Below are positions 36,364 to 48,563 of a stretch of 64,000 nucleotides of DNA, piece by piece. This DNA is from Hydrolagus affinis (taxonomy: Eukaryota). Where the stretch lies: the NCBI GenBank assembly GCA_012026655.1, contig JAAILG010001218.1:1-64000 (forward strand). The letters are read 5' to 3'. Positions within the stretch are counted from its first letter, which is position 1. Each line of letters begins with the position of its first letter. The notes under the pieces were generated by a model. It was not told the origin of the DNA. It was given only the letters and a program-made list of their open reading frames with translations, and did no database searches. Position numbers and translations under genes: made by a program.

Positions 36364-39337
36364 TTTACACCACAAACATATATGTAATAATAATAATCCT
36401 TGCATTTGATATAGCGCTTTTCACATCTTATCAACGTCTCAAAGCGCTTCACGGAATATACTTTAAAGTGAATTGACTGTATATTTGTGGGCGAAACGCG
36501 GCAGCCAATTGTGCACAGATCCACAAGACATGCTGTTAATGCACTGGATTGGGGGGGGCGCGAGTTATACGTCGACCGTATGTCGACTGAAACACTAAAA
36601 CAGCCCTCAAATGTGCTGTTCCTTTGGTGACGTAACTTATATATCAATCTTTTACAAACAACACAAAAGGCTTCTGCATTGTCGATGCACCACAAACTGA
36701 ATGATTTCCGTACATGCCTCTGTAGCTGAACAGTGACATAAACTACATTTCCTTTCCCCACATTCATCTGCTAAAACATTTTCTTATTTGAAACACAAGA
36801 GACCCCCCAAATCCCACCTCGCCCTCGCCCGCAAAACTATTTCGAGTTAAACCTGAAGACGGGGGAGAATCGTAATTTCAAGGCTCGGTTTATTGATTTA
36901 AACTCAATTTTAAAATGTTCTACAGTTCTGCTGAATGTTACATTTTAAGTTAAAAATAATTTGGAGCCTGCAATTAGAACGCCTCCATCCACACGTATTT
37001 ACACCTGGATCATAACACACCTATATTTACACATGGTTTACACATGGTGCATAATAGACCCACTGCCATTAACTTGATCCACTTTGCTAAGTGAATGAGC
37101 TGCAGTGCGACTGATATCTGCAGTGATGCTTGTTAATTAGAGTATCTCATTTCATCAGCAAGCTTCTTATCTTAATAGGCACCTGTCAGATCACAGAAAT
37201 CAGAGCTGATCTGCACCATAGATTGCTCATTTTTCCCTGAGTGTATCTATGTTTGTAGGAAGCCCCAAACGGAAGATAGACATTGCTAAGTGACTGAAAA
37301 ATTTGTTTAATAATAATTTAAATGTTATTCCTGAGACACACACACACACACACCACCAAACAACATATAGCCCCCTCCAAATAGGGCAACAGCTTGGGGG
37401 TCGCTTCACAAAAGAGACGAGAGACATGAGTTCTGCTGCCTCCTAAGCTGCCAAAACTGTGCACTTTCTGCCTGCCAAAGCATTGCCTTTTCGTGCCAAC
37501 TGCATCAAACAGTCCATACAACGGGAGAGCAATTTTAAGGCCATTTAATCATCAAAACAGCATTAGGTACAAACCGATTGATAGCGTTTTACTCCGTAAA
37601 GAAATCAGAGTCACGGATTCGAGAATAATATAACCGCCCAGCAATTTCGAGGACAAAAGAATACAAAGGATCTCCCTTGTGAACAGGCGCCATTTTCTGC
37701 ATTGGCTACATCTGCGTTACACACAAAAAAATAAGCACGGTATTTCCACAACAAAGTAGATGATGAAGATCGAGGGAAAAACATTAAGGAAAGAGATTAA
37801 CCCACAATTTCTGCCTCGCTGTAATTATATCTCGAGCGAGTTGCCAACAAACTCTGTGCCTTTGAGCGTTAATAATCACAACAAGGCTGGATCCGATCCA
37901 AACTCTGACGCATATGGCATTTGTTTCGGAAAAACACAAGGTGTGACTTTGAAAAAAATAACAGCACTCACTGCTGCGTGTGCAAAATTAATTAGCAGCG
38001 AACACACAAACATCTGGCACCGCATCAAGGCGTGGAAATATGAACCGTTGTGTGTGTGTGTGTGTGTGTGTGGGGGTGGGGGGGGGGTGTGGTGGGGTGG
38101 GCGCACTTGAAACTGAGCACAATAACCCGCTTTAATAGATTGCTTTGTTAAACCCGGGTGGCGCATTTCTGCACTTGGAAGTCGAGAGCAGACTAATTAA
38201 CTTACTGCACTCTATGCATCAACATGATGTAGTCAGACTGTTCATCTCCTTGGGCCTCATAAGACACAGCAGAGCCCCATTGATTGGCATACTAAACACA
38301 ATCGCCCTATTCAGTTTCCCTCCCCTCCTACTGTAGCGGTGTACGTCTTGCCACCGTACACCCACAAAACGAAGAGATAATCTCTGCGTTTCACACGAGC
38401 GGCATCAATGTTGAGCGAGAATGGCCGCCGCACAATCTTTTTGCCGCACGTGACTTCGGCGGCGCCGCGTTTGACGAGCACTTCAACCGAAAGCACAAAA
38501 TGATTCCGCTAGACAAATAGAATCTGTAAAAAAAATATATAGATATCCCTGCGTTCGCCCCTGCACGTGCAGTCAGCAATCGCTATTTAAGTTACAAAAC
38601 AAAGTTTTCATGCAGAAGCCAAAGACATCTTACACTGCACCCGCCTGATCCTCTGTGGCTCTAACTGTCGGGATTGTTACCATAGTGATACGCTAACGGG
38701 TTATACAGGAATCCGTGTGCGTTGTTTTAAAGCAAAGACGAGTCTTTGATAGTCCGCTCCTTAACTACCGCAAGCGCAGGAGAGGAGAAAACAGAATTAA
38801 TAATTGCACTGAACCAGTACCGGGATTGCTTTTTAGCTTAAGTGAGTAGGTAGAACCCACGGTTTGCAGCTGAAAGCATTAAATATGCCAGCTTTATCAC
38901 GCGAAATCGCCAAGGTTTCGTTTGGCAGGCAATTTCAATTTTAATCTATCTTTCAGCTCCGTAATTGTCGAAAGCTACCCTCTTCCCTGCTGGAAGATTA
39001 ATTAGCCCGTTTCCTCTCCACAATGTACCATACCTCTCAATACTGTGCAATCTGGAAAGATGCCAACTCTCTTATTACAATTCAGCTGGCTGCTGCTCGG
39101 AGAGCTTCTCTTCTCCCTAACAACAGTTGCTGTGCCAAGTCACCCCGGCATCGGCTAACTTTCAACATCGCGGGGCAGAAACTTTGATTGGCATAATTAC
39201 TCACAGTCATTAACTGCCGTCGCATAAGCACATGCAAAGCAGGGGAAGTGAAGTGTACGCCAGCCGCCAGCATCACTGAGACCTACAGCGGTAGATACAA
39301 CAGTGAGTTGTGATGAAGGCGGAGATCGGGCTCCTAC

Positions 39338-39500
39338 CTAATGGATCTCGGATACTAGATTGACGAAAAGCAGCAGTGCAGAATCCAGCTATACAGAAAT
39401 GCACCCGGATCCTCTGAAGACAGCAACCTTGTCAGCCATGTTGGATGTAAGGCTTATGGCACACACAGTAAGAACGGTACATCAGCCTGTGATTTTTCCC
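39338..39500 (-). other. Candidate 5'UTR exon with uORF MADKVAVFRGSGCISV* (39439-39389); 5' boundary unknown
   Basis: Donor TTAG|GTAGGA at 39338/39337 and ccaacATGG strong Kozak. Splicing to 14249 places an in-frame TAG just before GAG-ATG. Confidence 0.45.
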
Positions 39501-39641
39501 ACGCTTGAAATTTCTAAGTAATCAGTAATCGGCTCGTGAAATCCACCCCCCCTCCCCCCCACCCCACCCCGCAGCTGCCATTAATGAAGACAAGGGCAAA
39601 TCTGCATACGACCATTCCTCATTGTACACACTTGGCAACGT

Positions 39642-39690
39642 GCCTGCCTTGCCTGCCTGCCTGCATTGCCTGCCTGCCTCCCTGCCTGCC
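39642..39690 (+). repeat. Imperfect (GCCT)n tetranucleotide repeat in the promoter region
   Basis: Directly visible. Confidence 0.85.
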
Positions 39691-39806
39691 GCTCAGCTGA
39701 ATAGACAAACGTAGGGCCTTGAGGTGAAAATGTGGAAACAGCTGAACGCTGCAAAACAAAAACACGGGCACACACAAAAAAAAATCGCTCTCACTCACTT
39801 ACTCAC

Positions 39807-39960
39807 TCAGACGGCGAAAACAATTAACAAAGGGTGGGAAAATTAGAAGAGAAAGGGAATAAAAATCACCCGTAGGCTGATGAAACGAGCGCACTTTCGC
39901 ATTCTTCCTGCATCTTTGGCTCGCTCTCGCAGCGAGAAGAATTTAGAATCACCAACTCAG
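39807..39960 (-). other. Candidate alternative first exon ending in stacked donors; 5' boundary unknown
   Basis: Minus strand CTGA|GTGAGTAAGTGAGTGAGA at 39807/39806, inside the CpG-rich region. Confidence 0.45.
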
Positions 39961-40539
39961 GGTAACAGTATCCAAATCCTATACACACACACACACACAC
40001 ATTGACATATATACATGTGCGCAACAGAAAAGGTGGATGGAACAAAAGAGTCCGTGGCGAAATTCCTCTGCACTCTGCGAGTGTCTCTAATTAATTAGCG
40101 CTAAATTACCTCACAGATCGGGCAGGCATCAGCTTGGTGAAGTTTATTCAGCTCGAGACGAGAGAGAGAGAGAGAGACACACACGCGAAAAAAAAAAAAA
40201 AAAATTTTGGGGGGGTGAAACAAAGCGAATAAAGAGGTATCGAGCAACGTCCCCGGGATTCAGCTGCTGGATAAGGAATCAGAATTTATGGGAGATTCTG
40301 CTGCGTGTGAAAGCAGTTCATAAGCTCTGCAATTCAGGCTGCAACATCCAACTGCAAAATGAATACATCACACTCAAACAGGCTGACACAGCTTCACTTC
40401 AACCTTACACCATCACACCATCAAAATACCCGACGGGAGCGGCGCCCAGAAATGCCAATGAATCTGGTCATTTCGTCGCCAGTTTAATTCAAAGTGCAAA
40501 CTTTCCCTCTTTTTTTAAACCTCTCTTTCTTTACCCGCC

Positions 40540-40655
40540 GGCCCGCTCCCCATTCCCCCCCCCACCCCTCCACCCCCTCTCCACCTCCCACCCCCTACCC
40601 TTCTTTCCGCCCCCCCCCCCACCTCCCCACCTCCCCCCCTCCCCCTCTCTCCCCG
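40540..40655 (-). repeat. Polypurine G-rich tract (G-quadruplex/triplex potential)
   Basis: More than 10 runs of three or more C on the plus strand, with short spacers. Confidence 0.75.
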
Positions 40656-42639
40656 ATTCCAAGGCAATCCAGTCAGTCATTCGCGAAGGAGGGTTGGAAA
40701 TGTGCCTAACTTTGCTCAGAAACAATTGTCTTTTTTTCTCTCGCTGATTAGCAATTACGATTAGCATTTGAATGTACTCACAGAAAGCGCCGAAATTATG
40801 CTTCGCTGAGGGAAAAATGCTTTCGGTCAGAATCTGCCATAGCCCCCCGCGCTGGGCTCATGCACCTGTAGTGTTACTAGAGCCGTACTGTTCAGAATAG
40901 TATTTTAATTAACCGTGTGAAGTGACAAGCACGAGTTTTGTAAATGAACAAGGGGCTAAGTCGTGCTTCTCCCACTGGCAGTTACAGTGCACACTTGGCA
41001 AATCTTTGAGGCTAACCTAACGCCGCAGATATTGCTAATGACTATGCACACGGAAAAATGAGACGTGATGCCATCTGTCTCATTCTGTCAAGCTTCAGAT
41101 GACCGGGGAAGGCAGCAGCCATTTTATAAACAGCACACACACACACACACACACGCGAAAAAAAAATACGGAGCTTCAAGGAGTGGCCGGTTAATTTTCT
41201 AAATTCAGCTGCTGCCTCAATTAACATAAAAATAATAACCTTCGCACGCGATGCAGCACCTTATCACGTCTTTGAGATGTCTCAAAGCGCCTTTGCAGAA
41301 CATACTGTAAAGCAAACTGACCGTGTGCTTTATGGGTGAAACGCGGCAGCCAATTGCGCACAGCAGGGTCCCACAAACAGTCGTGGGTTGAGTGACCAAA
41401 CTATTATTAGTTGATTTCAAGCAGGGCTTTTGGAACAAGTCAGTGAACGAGACACGGGCAAAGCAGCCATTTTGGCCTCAAGTGCAAAAACGTTGCGACA
41501 TAATTTTTTTTGAAAAAAAATCTAAATTACGCAAAGCGTTTTGTATTCACGAGTGCTTTTTTTTAATAGATATCAGGACAAACTGTAGCCATTGTTGTAG
41601 TCAAGTGAAACCTGACATACTTTTTGTGAAACACAATTGAAAACACTGTTGTCTGGATAAAATAATACAAACTAGACCATTGAGCGGTTAAAAGTTTTAT
41701 CCATTTATACTATAAATAGAATACTATAATGATTAATAATAATGATGACAATAATCCTTTCATTTGATATGGTCAGGAAGGTGTCTTAAAGTGCTTCACA
41801 AGATTTACTGTACAGAGCTGTGACTGTATTTTGTAGGCTAACAAGCTGATTTCATGGCCAATGTTATCTTTTTCAACTGGATTAAATATGAAATGTTTTT
41901 TTTCCAGTCTACGTGTGTGGTCAGTACATTATCAACTGTTTTGTGTGATTTATTGAATGGTCAAGATTCGTCAAATCACAAACTTGACTAAAAACTGACA
42001 GACGTGGAAAATAATAATCCTTGTATTTGATATAGTGCCTTATCAAGTCTTTGAGATGTCTCAAAGCACTTCACAGAATACACTATAAAGTGAATCGACT
42101 GTATATTCTGTGGACAAATGTGACAAATGTGGATCCATGCAACTTTACAGTTTCTCATTCAGAGTTTAATGCCTCAGCTGGATTTCACAAACAATAATTC
42201 TAGTTAAAAACACAAGAGTCCTGAAATTCCATACAGTTTTAAGGCATCTTAAAACCTTGGGCAAGTTTCCTTAATCCACACGACTAATATTAGTCCTCAA
42301 AAAAAAATTGGTCATTTCAATCCACGACTGTTTGTGGGACGTTGAATTGGCTGCCGCGTTAGGCCAACATATACAGTCAATTCACTTTACAATATAATCT
42401 GTGAAGCGCTTTGAGACGCCTAGAAGACGTGAAAAGCATTATGTCAAATGCAAGGATTATTATTATTATTATTATAAGTCTATAAGTAAACCTTGTCTTA
42501 AAATTTAAGATTGAGCTCTATTGTGAAATTCTTAAATTCTTAAATTCAGTCTTAATGAGATGCATTCAGATGAGATACATCGAGATGCACAAACCATCTC
42601 ACTAAACCAGTCCAGAATCTTAGCATCTTGTTCCATCCT

Positions 42640-43260
42640 TAAGAACATAAGAATTAGGAGCAGGAGTAGGCCATTCGGCCCCTCGAGCCTGCCCCGCCAT
42701 TTGATAAGATCATGGCTGATCTTCTGACCTAACTCTAATTACCTGCCCTATCCCCATATCCCCTAATCCCTCTATTTTTCAAAAATCTATCAGTCTCAGG
42801 CTTGAAAATGTTCAAGGACTGAGCATCTACAGCCTTCTGGGGTAGTGAATTCCATAAATTCACTAGCCTCTGAGTGAAGAAATGTTTCCTCAACTGTTCT
42901 AAAAAGCTGACACTTAATTTTAAGATTACGATCCCTGGTTATAGATTCTCCTACCAGGGGAAACAATCCCTCCTTGTCTACTTTATCCAGCCCTTTCAGA
43001 ATCTTATAAGTTTCAATAAGATCTCCCCTAATTCTTCTGTACTCTAGAGAGTACAGCCCTAATTTATTCAACTTCATAGATCAGTTCCCTCATCCCAGGA
43101 ACTAACCTAGAGAATCTACGCTGCACCCCCTCTAAGGCAAGTATGTCCTTTATTAAATAAGGAGACCAAAACTGCACACAATACTCTAGGTGCGGTCTCA
43201 CCAGGGCCCTATACAGTTGGAGCAAGACTTCTCTACTCTTGTACTCTAAACCTTCTGCAA
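42640..43260 (-). mobile_element. CR1 LINE 3' fragment with ORF2 C-terminus (frameshifted)
   Basis: ORF 42796-43077 reads LGLYSLEYRRIRGDLIETYKILKGLDKVD, the canonical CR1 C-terminal motif; terminal TTCTTATGTTCTTA repeat. Confidence 0.92.
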
Positions 43261-43261
43261 T

Positions 43262-43962
43262 TAACTACCTTTACTCTCCCACATCCGTTCTATAACCTGC
43301 TCTGCCTTCCCCCATCTCTGCAACATTGCCTGGCTCCGCCACTGTCTTGCACTGCAGGCTGCCGAAACTCTCATACACGCATTCATAATATCCAGGCTTG
43401 ACTATGCAAACTCCTTGCTTGTTGGCCTCCCCACTCCTCCCTCCACAAGCTGCAGATCCTCCAGACCTCTGCAGCCTCTCCCGCTCTAGGCTCCGTGACC
43501 ATATCACTCCCACTCTCGCCTGCCTCCACTGGCTCCCCATCACACAGAGGATACCATTCAAATCCTGGTCCTCACCTTCAAAGCACCTTCCATGGCCTCA
43601 CTCACCCCACTACATCTGCAATCTCCTCACCATCTACCAACCTGTTTCCTTTGCTCAGCTGTTCCGGCCTGCTTCATGTGCCCTGCCCCACCCACCACAT
43701 TATTGGCTGGAGAGGTCTTCAGCCACTTTGCCGCCATCCTCTGGAACTCCATCCCATAAGCCCTCTGCCTCGCCCTTCCCTCGCCTCCTCCAAGACCCAC
43801 CTCAAGACCCTCCTCTTTGACTGTGCTTTCAATCAGCCTCCTCCCCACCAGCTCTCCACCCTCCCCAATCGCTAACCCCAGTTTAGGTCCGAAATACTAT
43901 CTGGCCAGCTCCTTGGGACGTCCTGCCAGTGTGAAAGCCACTATGGAATTGCAATTTTGTGG
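43262..43962 (+). mobile_element. L2 LINE 3' fragment
   Basis: SRLDYANSLL, DHITPTLACLHWLPITQRIPFK and KTHLKTLLF motifs across frameshifts, plus tail. Confidence 0.92.
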
Positions 43963-44336
43963 CTCTTGCCGCTAATTTGAAAGCTCAAATAATTTCTCAA
44001 AAAGAGCCAACATCCAAATTTTTTTTAAAAAAAACTGTTTTAAGATTGCACCTTCTGAATATTCTGACATTTTAAGACAAAATGCTTTTTGGAGATTAAT
44101 GTTAGTGGATTTTCAGTGCTCCACGGCATGCTCAATACCAGAAAGTACCTGTGCGTCACATAGTTAGCACATAAAATGTGATAATTTTACTTAGTCAGAT
44201 TTTTTGTCAGATTTACCTCAATATGTATTGCTGCTAGCAAACTCAACATTGTTGGACAGATTGTCCGAAAGTAGCACTTATGCCCTGTTTATATGGATTG
44301 GTGTGAAGCCAACTTTGCTCCCCAGTTTTGTAATAC

Positions 44337-44655
44337 ATTAATAATAATCCTTGCATTTGATATAGCGCTTTTCACTTCTTCTAGACGTCTCAAAGCGCTT
44401 CACAGAATATACTGTAAAGTGAATTGACTGTATATACATGGGCGAAATGTGGCAGCCGATTGCACACAGCAGTGTCCCACCAATAGCCGTGGATTGAAAT
44501 GACCGACTTGTTATTGTATTATTTTTTAGGGATTATTTTCAGGCTGTTATCAATGGAATAAGGAAACTTGCTTAAGGTTTCGCCCGACCTGGAATCCAAC
44601 GCAGGTCTCTCACTTGTAAGGCGGGTGCTCTAACCACTGAGCTGCAGCACTCCAC
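44337..44655 (-). mobile_element. Deu-SINE short form, full length
   Basis: Family sequence. Confidence 0.9.
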
Positions 44656-44854
44656 AAAGTGATGTGAAAGGTATAGCATGGGACTTGAAAGAAAAAGAAA
44701 CCTGAACCACGTGTAACCTTTGAAACCTAGACCTCCTCAGTACAAATTTTGATGGATCCAATTCCACTTATACTGCAAATCACGGCAATTGTGCAGTTTA
44801 AACACAGCCTTAAATAACAACAAAATATCTCAGCAGGCATCACTCTCCACGCAG

Positions 44855-45165
44855 AACAACAACAACAAAATTACATTTGTAGAGCACTTTTCATGTTGGG
44901 AGGACGTCCCAAGGCGCTGAACATTCAGGGTTCAGGACCCGAGTATGGGGTGTGGGGGTGTGGGGGGCGGGTGGTGGAGAGGCAAGCGCAGCTGAAGGCA
45001 CAGTTGAATAGGAGGGTCTTGAATCTTGCCTTGAAGGTGGCAAGGGAGGGAGTTGTGGAATGGAGTTCCAGAGAGTAAAGGCTGGAAAGCCTGGCCATCC
45101 ATGGTAGGGCAGGTCGGGCAGGAGACATGAAGCAGGCCGGAGCCTTATCCCTTATCAACTAGTCC
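44855..45165 (-). mobile_element. L2 3' fragment
   Basis: FKARFKTLLF motif and tail. Confidence 0.85.
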
Positions 45166-45259
45166 GCTCCCTCCGATCAGCAGGCTCCATTTCCGGCGTG
45201 GTTACGTGCAACTTTTGGTATCAGATTGGCAGAGTTGGTGTAATCTTCTTCTGCATCTT

Positions 45260-45475
45260 AAGGCGTTCTGGAGAGTCTGTGTCCCACATTGGGAATTGAG
45301 CTTGCGGTCTAGGCTGACACTCCAGTGTACCCAAGGGGGAAGTGTTGCATTGTCAGAGGCCCTGACCTTTAAATGAGATGTTAAACCAAGTTGCAGTCCA
45401 TCTGCTCTGCGGTCATTAAAGATTCCCACGGCACGACTCAAAAATAGGAGGTAGTTTCTCCCTGTGTCCTGGCCT
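45260..45475 (+). mobile_element. Older DeuSINE core (SacSINE1/AmnSINE1-like); a related 3' part lies at about 45900-46110
   Basis: TCTAGGCTGACACTCCAGTG...ATGAGATGTTAAACC...CCCACGGCAC...GTGTCCTGGCC resembles the Deu core as I recall it. Related pieces at 8575-8650 and 49390-49570. Confidence 0.7.
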
Positions 45476-46735
45476 GGGAGCTATCTAAACCATGTGCTTA
45501 CAGGTGAATCTGCGATCCATCGCATAGGATGTTAATGACATAATTAAGGACATCTGTAATTCCATCTGTACACATCCATTTGCACATGGTTTACAGAACC
45601 TGCAAATTAGACCCCTGGTTACCCCATGATTTTTCTCTCCACCCCCCCCCCATCACCCCCACGCCCCCATCAGCAGATAATAGCAAGTGTCACCCATATT
45701 GTTAACATTTTATGCATACGATGCATACGAACATCATTCGGCAATATGCAAATTGCCAAAACGAAACCCAAGAGAGAGTCAAAAACATGAAAGCAAGATG
45801 CCAGCAGCGAGGAGAAATAAAACAACGTTTAATTTAACAGGAGCTGCAGATCCTCATACACGAAGGAACAGACAAAAAGGGAAAGCTCCCCAGATAGAGG
45901 CTGTAGAGAAGGGAGTTGCTCTTGACTCCTGGCCAACATCCCCCAGATAAAACCCTTCATTCACTTCATGCCTCTGTGGAACGTAGCCGTGTGCAAATTA
46001 GCTGCTGTGTTCCTTTATTAATACACAGTCACTGCACTTTACAGTATGTCCTGTAAAGCAGTTTTCTTAATATAATGAGGCATTATAAGTCTTGCGAGCT
46101 AGGAGTATTATTACTATTATCCTTCTATTGATCTTTGCCCAGCTCAGGAACTGAACTACTGAGACCACGGCAGAACCGCAATTCGATTTTGATCCAGACA
46201 CAGCACCCTGAAGGCGTCTCAACCCTAAAAGAGAGTCAAACATGGGAGGCGTTCAGCAAGTAACATGAAGTGAGCTCACAACGCTGAATTTATTGCCTTC
46301 ACCAAACGGTGAATCGAGACTTCGGGAATTGATGGAGCAAAACACCCCCCTCACCCCTTGGTGACGGTTTTAACCACTCTGTGGGATGCTGGCCCATGTG
46401 GAGGGTGTTATGTCAATGCAAGTTGTTGTTGATGTTGACGTGGCTGTTGTTGTTGTTGTTGCTTCGCTGCTTCTAGTTGTATTCTGTCCCGTTTGGAAAA
46501 TCACGAGCTGTGAGGGAGCCTTTCGAAATGTAACATCGATCGAAGTTGGCAAACCTTGGGGGAGACGTCTCTCCCCCACCCCACGCAACGTTGCTATTTT
46601 GTGGTCAGCTAAGTGGGCATCTGACACATGCGGAAAGCATATCATCACCATAAATAATAATAATTATCACCACGCTTAAGGGTATCCAAACCAGCCTGAC
46701 AGTTCCATTCATCTCAACTACTGCTACTAACAGCA

Positions 46736-47076
46736 GCAATAATAATAATCCTTGCATTTGATATCATGTTTTTCAAGTCTTCTAGATGTTTTAAAGCTAT
46801 ACAAGTGCAATTTTGTTGTTGTTGTTAAAGCGCTTCACAGAATATACCGTAAAGTGAATTGACTGTATATTTTGTAGGCTAAACGCAGCAGCCAATTGAG
46901 CACAGCAGTGTCCCACAAAAGTCGTGGATTGAAATGACCATTTTTTTTTCTTGAGAGAGTTATTATCGGGCGTGTGGAGTAAGGAAACTTGCCCAAGGTT
47001 TCGCTCTGCCGCGAATCGAAACCAGGTCTCTCGTGTGTGAGGCGTGTTCTCTAACTACTGAGCTGCAGGGCTCCAC
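46736..47076 (-). mobile_element. Deu-SINE containing a 27-bp L2-tail insertion
   Basis: Insertion 46798-46824 is flanked by TTAAAGC direct repeats. Confidence 0.9.
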
Positions 47077-48241
47077 AAAAGCGCAATAATGAACTAGGCT
47101 GAAAGACATGACTATCGAGTCCGCTTACATTTCAGCAATACTCATGCCAAGTCTGTCGACTGCACTATTTGGCTCGTACCAAATACACCTGTCGAAAGAC
47201 TGACTCGCTGGCATGTGTTCACCGTCCCTCAGCAGAAAAAACCTTAATACCCACTCCAAACTCTGCCTTGGCACAGCAGCGGATTTGTCAAGATGTATAG
47301 AATTTAATTTGCTGAGGGTGTTTGGTCTTAATTCAGCCCAGGAGTCAGGCTGACAGTTTCACCCGGGTGGTTGGAGTAAAATAAACTAATTTGTGGAATT
47401 CAATACAGGCATGTGTATTTGCCCCAGTGTTTGATAAGGCTGTTAATTCAGATTTAGATAGGTTACAGCTACATTAAATAGGGCTTGGAGGATGGTTTCT
47501 TCAGGTCAAAGCAAAATGACAGAGACTGAACCTGATAGCAGTCTGGGGCATCTTAAAATATGCTGTGGATTGATGATCGAGCAGATACCTAAAATAAGCA
47601 AGTTCTCTGCAGCACACAGGCATCTTTATTTTCTTTTTTTAAGTCATAATTTGTACTTCTGGTATTTCAATCTGTCCCGTTATTAGGTCCGATTATATTT
47701 TTACTTATAGCTACAGAGTCTTGTTTTATTTCACTCCCTAGATAGCAGTGCTTCAGATTATTTTGTTACATGGAGGCAACCATTAATGATAGGAGCTGAA
47801 TATAATATATGTACATATTTCCTCCTGTGAATTAGACTACAGAGTTTTAATTGGGGCATTTCTTAACCAGGCGAGCAATGGGAAGCTCGCCAGAAAGTGC
47901 GATCACTCGCAAGGTCCACGGTTTTAGTTGGTTAAGGTCCAGCAACAACAACTTGTTGCCGGAGAGACACATGGGGTAGATGTCCCGGAGGGCTTGACAG
48001 TGAGGGAGTCTGAGAAGGGGGAGGGAAGGGGGAGGTGACTATAATCACGATCAAAAAGGAAGGTCTTTCGATGGGATTTGAAGGTGGAGAGGGAGAGACC
48101 CAACCCGACACTCTGGGTTCCCCAAACTTTGGCTCGTGACAATTAATACTCTCTAGAATTAGGTAAGAAGAATGCATTCCTCTGGGAGGTGGGGGCATTC
48201 AATATCATGGAAATTTCCATGTGTAGGTTGTGTACATACAT

Positions 48242-48563
48242 GTGGAGTCCTGTAGCTCAGTGGTTAGAGCACTCGCCTTGCAAGCGAGAGACCTGAATTC
48301 AATTCCAGACAAGGAGAAACCTTGGACAAGTTTCCTTACTCCACACGCCTGATAGTAATCGCTTGGGGAAAAATCAATAATAAATTGGTCATTTCAATCT
48401 ACAACCGTTTGTGGGACACTGCTGTGCGCAATTGGCTGCCATGTTTTTTCGCCCGCAAATATACAGTCCATTCACTTTACAGTATACTCTGTGAAGCGCT
48501 TTGGGACGTCTCGAAGACGTGAAAAGCACAACATCAAATGCAAGGATTATCATTGTTATTATT
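48242..48563 (+). mobile_element. Deu-SINE short form, full length
   Basis: Family sequence; possible TACAT TSD. Confidence 0.9.

Larger units (their letters stand above)
38300..41200 (-). promoter_or_regulatory. CpG-rich promoter / first-exon region of the minus-strand gene
   Basis: Visibly CpG-enriched and SINE/LINE-free from about 36.6 to 41.2 kb in an otherwise repeat-dense window. Contains GA/CA microsatellites, a C-rich tract, a YY1-like CAGCCATTTT (41116-41125) and several minus-strand GT donors. Confidence 0.65.

Noticed and set aside
39749-39806. Intron between the stacked donors and the acceptor gtttttgttttgcag at 39749
   Set aside because: It would be 58 nt or less, below the usual vertebrate minimum. 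The acceptor could only be used from a more upstream donor, which I cannot show.
39877-39900. CTGATGA hammerhead-like heptamer (also near 25879 and 13204)
   Set aside because: No helix II followed by GAAA, and no supporting helices.
40307-40747. Proline-rich 146-aa ORF in the promoter region
   Set aside because: Produced by the poly-C tract; non-ATG start and no splice or homology support.
42796-43077. ORF with a recognisable protein motif
   Set aside because: CR1 ORF2 C-terminal remnant; 5'-truncated and frameshifted.
48242-48315. tRNA-Ala-like sequence (and other SINE heads)
   Set aside because: No complete acceptor stem, and it continues into the SINE body; not a tRNA gene.
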